The translations under genes and the position numbers were made by a program. The notes beneath the pieces are model-generated. The model did no database searches. It saw only the letters and a list, made by a program, of their open reading frames with translations, and was not told the origin of the DNA. A stretch of DNA of 62,462 nt. It comes from Polyangiaceae bacterium. Its GTDB lineage: Bacteria; Myxococcota_A; Polyangia; Polyangiales; Polyangiaceae. The DNA is taken from positions 1-62,462 of the forward strand of contig JANRKO010000066.1 in NCBI GenBank assembly GCA_033763455.1. The letters are read 5' to 3'. Below, piece after piece: positions 57,790 to 62,462 of the stretch. Positions within the stretch are counted from its first letter, which is position 1. Each line of letters starts with the position of its first letter.

Positions 57790-58989
57790 CTATTCGGAGC
57801 GGGGTCCTACGCTTTCGCCGCCTGGCGGCTTCACCCAACCCCGCCGCACGCCCAGAGCAACCAACGTCCCTGCTACGAGCCCAACCAGGTAGCCGTACGG
57901 AAGGCCCACAACGGCGGCTGCCACTAGAAGCGCTACCCACAGCGCGCTTCTATCCGTCGCTACATCGCGCACTAGCGTCATGAGCGCAACGGCCTCGAAG
58001 AACAGCACGACGCCGAGAACCGGCATCGGGAACACTTGCACCACGTGCGCAAAACCTGGCGCGAAGAAAAGACCAAGCAGGAGATACATGGAGCCGTAGA
58101 TGACCGGTGCTCCCCCGGTGCGTGCGCCGAAGCCGTGGAAACCTACGAGGCCGCCACAACCGTGGCAGACGGGTACGCCTCCGAACCACGGCGCGATAAG
58201 ATTCATAAGGCCATAGGTGAAGCCGATCTTGCGCACTGGCACCGCGCGGTTGGGAAACAGATCTGAGGTGGTTTGGCTGGTAGCTATGACGGAGTTGCCG
58301 AGTGAAAGCGGGAGTTGCGGGAGGGCGAGCAGCAACGCTCCCTGGAGTAACTCGTGACTCGTTGGCGCATGAAATGCGGGCAATCGGAAGCCGATCGCAG
58401 CTGCGAGCGCGGCGCCGTTCAAGTGCACGAGCCCCGCGTAAAGCAGCCCGAGCCCCATAACGATGAGCGGCGCGGGCACTCGGCGTTGACCGCGCAACAG
58501 AAGGAGCAGCACTAGAGAAACACCCGCCAGGATGTAGCCCCAAAGCCCGTCAGCGCTTGCGTAGTCTTTCAAAGCAAGAGTTGCCAAGGTGATGCCGAGA
58601 CCAAGCTGAATGCCGCGCACCACTTCTTTTGGCACCACGCGCACCAGCCAATCGAGCACGCCCGTCACCGCGAACACCAGCATGGCAACGCCGATAACCA
58701 GTCCACCACCCGCGAACGTTCCGGGCGAAAGCCGTTGTGCCAACATGATAGCGGCCATCGCTTTGAGCGGCTGCACGGGCATCGGGATGCCGTAGAGCAG
58801 CCCTGTCGCGATCTGAAGCACCCCGAACATGATGCAAACACTCGCTGCATCGAGGCCACACGTTGCGATGAGTGCGACCAGCAGCGGTAAATCAGTGCCG
58901 ATATCGCCAAATGCTCCGGCGAGCTCGTGGCGGTCGAAGCGCAAGCGAGGCGTGCTGGGGGAGGGGATGGGGGTGTCGGGCTTTGTCAC
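57790..58989 (-). CDS. MOT1-family molybdate/sulfate transporter
   Basis: ELAGAFGDIGT, PMPVQPLKA, PVCHGCGGLVG..FGARTG. Confidence 0.9.
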   Translation of the reverse strand: MTKPDTPIPSPSTPRLRFDRHELAGAFGDIGTDLPLLVALIATCGLDAASVCIMFGVLQIATGLLYGIPMPVQPLKAMAAIMLAQRLSPGTFAGGGLVIGVAMLVFAVTGVLDWLVRVVPKEVVRGIQLGLGITLATLALKDYASADGLWGYILAGVSLVLLLLLRGQRRVPAPLIVMGLGLLYAGLVHLNGAALAAAIGFRLPAFHAPTSHELLQGALLLALPQLPLSLGNSVIATSQTTSDLFPNRAVPVRKIGFTYGLMNLIAPWFGGVPVCHGCGGLVGFHGFGARTGGAPVIYGSMYLLLGLFFAPGFAHVVQVFPMPVLGVVLFFEAVALMTLVRDVATDRSALWVALLVAAAVVGLPYGYLVGLVAGTLVALGVRRGWVKPPGGESVGPRSE

Positions 58990-59152
58990 ACAAGCTGATC
59001 GGCGTGGTAGCAGATAGTGTAGGCGAGCGAGACCAGTTCGTAAGCGTCCCTGGTCAAGCCGGTGCTGGCTCGACCTCTTCCTTCACGGTATCGCGAAGAT
59101 CGCTGACGAGATTACCTTTTTCGGGAGGCGTTGAGCCAAAAGGCGCTCCGGC

Positions 59153-59617
59153 TTAGTGCAAGGTGACAACAAGCTCCTCTAGCTGATCCCAAACCTCGGC
59201 GGTTGCGTCGGTCGCCCCTGAGGCGTCGAGGGCTTCTTTTGACGGATGGAGATCACTCATGGTTAACAGTGTCTTCCCATCACGCTCTTCGAAGGTAACG
59301 GTGGTGATAGCCGCGGCCTCCTCGCCGCCTTCCTCATTGGTCCAAACAAGCCGCGAGCACGGTACCACTTCGAGGTATTTGCCGAAAAATTCTATGGGCT
59401 GCGGCTCAGCGCCGAACACAAGGCTGTATTTCCCCCCAACGCGAACATCCATCTCGCAGGATAGGAGCGATATCGGAAACGACTTCGGCACCCACCAGCG
59501 CTTGAATAGCTCCGCTTTGGTCCAAGCCTCGAACACGATGCGCGGTGCAGCATCGATTGTGCGCGAAACGACGATTTCGCGATCAGATTTTCTGGTGACG
59601 CTGGTTTGGCTTTTCAT
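59153..59617 (-). CDS. SRPBCC/AHSA1-like protein
   Basis: REIVVSR..APRIVFEAWT..RWW; DVRVGG. Confidence 0.88.
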   Translation of the reverse strand: MKSQTSVTRKSDREIVVSRTIDAAPRIVFEAWTKAELFKRWWVPKSFPISLLSCEMDVRVGGKYSLVFGAEPQPIEFFGKYLEVVPCSRLVWTNEEGGEEAAAITTVTFEERDGKTLLTMSDLHPSKEALDASGATDATAEVWDQLEELVVTLH

Positions 59618-59961
59618 GGGTTCTGTTCTTTCATGTTTAATTCCTCGACGACTGCACTCAACGCATCAAAGCGTTCATCCCAGAGCTTTCGGTACCTTTC
59701 GATCCACGCCGTTTCGGCCTCCAGCCTGCGTGGCCCGAGCTTGCAGGTTCGCACGCGACCGACTTTCTTCGTGGTAACGAGACCGGCGTGCTCCAAGATG
59801 CTGACGTGCTTCTTCATCCCCGTCAGGGTCATCTCGAACTTCTCGGCGAGATCGGTGATCGAAGCATCCGCGCGCCCGAGCTGGCAAAGCACGCCACGCC
59901 TTGTTGGGTCCGAGAGCGCTCCGAATGAGGCATCCAGGCGGGTTGGAGAATACTGAACCAT
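59614..59961 (-). CDS. ArsR/SmtB-family regulator
   Basis: FGALSDPTRR, KHVSILEHAGLV..K.GRVR. Confidence 0.92.
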   Translation of the reverse strand: MVQYSPTRLDASFGALSDPTRRGVLCQLGRADASITDLAEKFEMTLTGMKKHVSILEHAGLVTTKKVGRVRTCKLGPRRLEAETAWIERYRKLWDERFDALSAVVEELNMKEQNP

Positions 59962-59972
59962 TAGGTTTAGTA
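59951..59972. promoter_or_regulatory. Probable ArsR autoregulatory palindrome over the start codon
   Basis: TACTGAACC-ATTA-GGTTTAGTA, 8/9 arm match. Confidence 0.55.
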
Positions 59973-60112
59973 TTGCGGAAGGCGGACGAGTACACAAGGG
60001 GTTTTGTTTGGGTTGTTGGTTTTTTAGGGCGAAAGTGATCCGAATCGAGTTCGGCCAGGGTGAGCCCCACGTCGTAGCGGGTCGCCTGGTACTCGGCCCC
60101 CACTCCGTTGGT

Positions 60113-60146
60113 CTTGAATATTCAAGCATTCGTCTGAATGCTTGAA
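60113..60146. promoter_or_regulatory. Overlapping palindromes upstream of the MBL hydrolase
   Basis: CTTGAATATTCAAG (60113-60126) and TTCAAGCATTC-GTCT-GAATGCTTGAA (60121-60146). Confidence 0.55.
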
Positions 60147-60239
60147 GCAATGTCTCGTTAATTTTCGCGCCCGTGGTTGGCGCATCGAGATGCAGACGAG
60201 CACGTCGTCGAGCAAGATCACGAGGCAAGGAACATACTG

Positions 60240-60980
60240 ATGATCTTCAAGCCCTACTACTACTTCGAGACTGGTTGTGCCGCGTACCTCTTCGGCTGCG
60301 GGAGCCTGGGTAAATGTGCGGTCGTTGACGCCCACGAGGAGGATGTCGACGCGTACATCGCCTTCGCCGCGTCGAAGGGCATGCGCATCACCCACGTCAT
60401 CGACACGCACGTGCACGCGGACCATCGCTCGGGAGGTCCTGCGCTCGCGAAGAAGGCCGACGCCTCCTATTGCCTGCACGAGTCCGCCGATGTCGCGCTC
60501 ACGTTCGAGCCTCTCAATGACGGCCAGGAGATAGAGCTCGGCAACACACGCGTGAAGGTGCTCCACACGCCCGGGCACACGCCGGAGAGCATCTGCCTTC
60601 TCGTCACGGACCTGCGGCGCGGGGAGGAGCCGTGGTTCGTGCTCACGGGAGACACGCTTTTCGTCGGTGCTGTCGGGCGTCCTGACCTACCTGGTCAGGC
60701 GCGTGAGAACGCCGGTGAGCTGTACGACAACATCCACGCGAAGCTCCTCACATTGCCCGATGCACTCGAGCTCTACCCGGGGCACTTCTCGGGCTCGGTC
60801 TGTGGCGCGGGCATGAGCGGCAAGCCCTCGAGCACCATCGCGTTCGAGAAGCGCAACAGCCCGCTCTTGTCGAAGTCGCGCCAAGAGTTCATCGACGCTC
60901 TCAGTGACGTTCCTCCCAAGCCCGCGGAAATGGCGCAGATCCTTCGCATCAATCAGGGTCGCGAAGGAAACGCGCCATGA
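60240..60980 (+). CDS. MBL-fold hydrolase, persulfide dioxygenase-like
   Basis: THVHADH, HTPGHT, LTGDTLFVG.VGRPDL, YPGH..GSVCG. Confidence 0.88.
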   Translation: MIFKPYYYFETGCAAYLFGCGSLGKCAVVDAHEEDVDAYIAFAASKGMRITHVIDTHVHADHRSGGPALAKKADASYCLHESADVALTFEPLNDGQEIELGNTRVKVLHTPGHTPESICLLVTDLRRGEEPWFVLTGDTLFVGAVGRPDLPGQARENAGELYDNIHAKLLTLPDALELYPGHFSGSVCGAGMSGKPSSTIAFEKRNSPLLSKSRQEFIDALSDVPPKPAEMAQILRINQGREGNAP

Positions 60981-62254
60981 GCAGCGTGCGCCTCGGTCTT
61001 CGGGAAAACCTCGCGCAGTTTTCGCTCCTTGTCGTGGTCAATGCGTTCGTCGGCGCAATGGTCGGCATGGAGCGGACCATCCTGCCACCGATCGCAGAGC
61101 AGGAGTTCCACCTCGCCGCAAAGACCGCGGTGCTGTCATTCATCATCGTGTTTGGCGTGACCAAGGCGCTCACGAACTATCTAGCGGGACGGCTCTCCGA
61201 CCGCTTTGGCCGCAAGCACGTGCTCGTCGGCGGATGGCTTGTCGCCGCTCCAGTGCCGTTCCTGTTGATGTGGGCGCCGACCTGGTCCTGGGTGCTCTTC
61301 GCCAACGCGCTGCTCGGCGTGAGCCAAGGCCTCACATGGTCGACGACGGTCATCATGAAGATCGATCTCGCGGGACCGGCGAAGCGCGGGTTCGCGATGG
61401 GCGTTAACGAATTCGCCGGCTACTTCGCGGTGGCCGGAAGCGCGCTGGCCACCGGCTTCATCGCCGCGCACTACGGGCTGCGCCCCGAGCCGTTCTACCT
61501 TGGCGTCGCCTTCGTCGCGTTCGGGTTGTTCCTTTCGGTCGTGGTGGTGCGAGAGACCAAGCACCACGTCGCCGCCGAATCCAAGCTCCACGGAGCGCTG
61601 CCTCCCGACGGCGTGCCCACGCAGCGAGAGGTGTTTTGGCGTACAACGTTCACCGACAAGAACCTCTCCAGCGTCAGCCAGGCCGGCCTCGTCAACAACC
61701 TGAACGACGGCATGGCCTGGGGCCTCTTCCCGCTCTTCTTCGCGGCCGCGCGAATGGAACTTGGACAGATCGGCACCCTCGCCGCCATCTACCCCGCCAC
61801 GTGGGGCATAGCGCAGATTTTCACCGGCGCTTGGTCTGACAGAGTGGGCCGCAAGTGGCTCATCGCCAGTGGGATGTGGGTTCAGGCACTCGGCATCGGA
61901 GTGATCGTACTCTCCTCCGCATTCGCGCCCTTCGCCACCGGAGCTGCGCTTCTCGGCGTCGGAACCGCGATGGTCTATCCGACGCTGCTCGCGGCTATCG
62001 GCGACGTAGCCCACCCCTCGTGGCGCGCATCTTCGGTGGGCGTGTACCGCCTGTGGCGTGACCTCGGCTATGCGATCGGTGCGCTACTGGCCGGCCTCAC
62101 CGCGGATGCGCTCGGGTTGCCCGCCGCGATGTGGCTCGTTGCCGCTCTCACGTTCGCCTCCGGCGTCCTGGTCGCCGTGCGCATGAGTGAGACCCATCGC
62201 CGATCCGCAGCACTGGCGCCCTGTGGACCTGGTGGTAGCCTGCCATCTTCTTGA
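60977..62254 (+). CDS. MFS transporter
   Basis: [10 protein letters not shown] and [10 protein letters not shown] motif A; about 12 TM; ATGA overlap with the upstream gene. Confidence 0.92.
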   Translation: MSSVRLGLRENLAQFSLLVVVNAFVGAMVGMERTILPPIAEQEFHLAAKTAVLSFIIVFGVTKALTNYLAGRLSDRFGRKHVLVGGWLVAAPVPFLLMWAPTWSWVLFANALLGVSQGLTWSTTVIMKIDLAGPAKRGFAMGVNEFAGYFAVAGSALATGFIAAHYGLRPEPFYLGVAFVAFGLFLSVVVVRETKHHVAAESKLHGALPPDGVPTQREVFWRTTFTDKNLSSVSQAGLVNNLNDGMAWGLFPLFFAAARMELGQIGTLAAIYPATWGIAQIFTGAWSDRVGRKWLIASGMWVQALGIGVIVLSSAFAPFATGAALLGVGTAMVYPTLLAAIGDVAHPSWRASSVGVYRLWRDLGYAIGALLAGLTADALGLPAAMWLVAALTFASGVLVAVRMSETHRRSAALAPCGPGGSLPSS

Positions 62255-62320
62255 TCGTCGTGTCCCCGTCGTCCTGGAACACGATGAAGTAGCGGAGCAG
62301 TTGAGGAGTCGCCACTTGTC
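62223..62320 (-). pseudogene. hsdR: Type I restriction subunit R remnant
   Basis: Minus strand DKWRLL / (1-nt shift) [26 protein letters not shown], matching the HsdR segment F(I/V)VF...KKMAGYHQ just upstream of the helicase domain. Confidence 0.6.
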
Positions 62321-62462
62321 AGTATGTCCTCGCCGCGCCCCGTTAAATGGGTCTTTTCTAGCGTCGGACGCCCGAGTTCAGCCTTGACAACAAGCTAACT
62401 GAGCTGATGTGGCAAAGGAATTTCGCGTCCCTCAAGCGCAGAGTTTAGGGCGAGCTTGAGAT

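Noticed and set aside
58990..59152. Moco riboswitch upstream of the molybdate transporter
   Set aside because: Only a short GCCTCCCG..AAAGG resemblance; the multi-stem structure cannot be built
1..62462. CRISPR array, tRNA, rRNA, integron attC array
   Set aside because: No regularly spaced repeats, cloverleafs or recurring attC-like ends were found by eye; weak single sites could have been missed

Overview
GC-rich bacterial DNA, most likely Myxococcota (Polyangiales/Sorangiineae-like). This is inferred from the Ser/Thr kinase-TPR/PEGA-Cys-rich lipoprotein module, the TSP3-repeat OmpA and the fused ccoNO. There are three zones. (1) ~1-13.5 kb is a dense defence-type island: truncated type I HsdS, DUF3800, stand-alone SIR2, a coupled yhcG / PLD-nuclease / class III cyclase-like / 46-aa membrane micropeptide operon, a DUF262-DUF1524 (GmrSD-like) protein fused to a complete Ser/Thr kinase, and a TM0106 nuclease-SF1 helicase. 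(2) ~13.6-48.1 kb is core-like: beta-helix lipoprotein, ada, MntA/HepT toxin-antitoxin, Cu-ATPase, cbb3 oxidase operon, ppsA, TECR-like reductase, kinase module, carbonic anhydrase, mntP, mscL, ompA, AKR, a CLC-F read through into DUF465, and nhaA with an nhaA-I riboswitch-like motif. (3) ~48.1-62.4 kb is a decaying accessory zone: AAA-DUF4143, SDR plus ECF sigma, an ISCR/IS91-like pseudogene with a second diverged oriIS end, a methyltransferase, an internally deleted class A beta-lactamase, a Sel1 protein, a MOT1-type transporter, ArsR-SRPBCC, an MBL hydrolase-MFS pair and an hsdR remnant. The best candidates for an undescribed system are the PLD-cyclase-micropeptide operon and the GmrSD-kinase fusion. 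No CRISPR array, rRNA or tRNA was seen. All calls come from reading motifs by eye; no database search was run.
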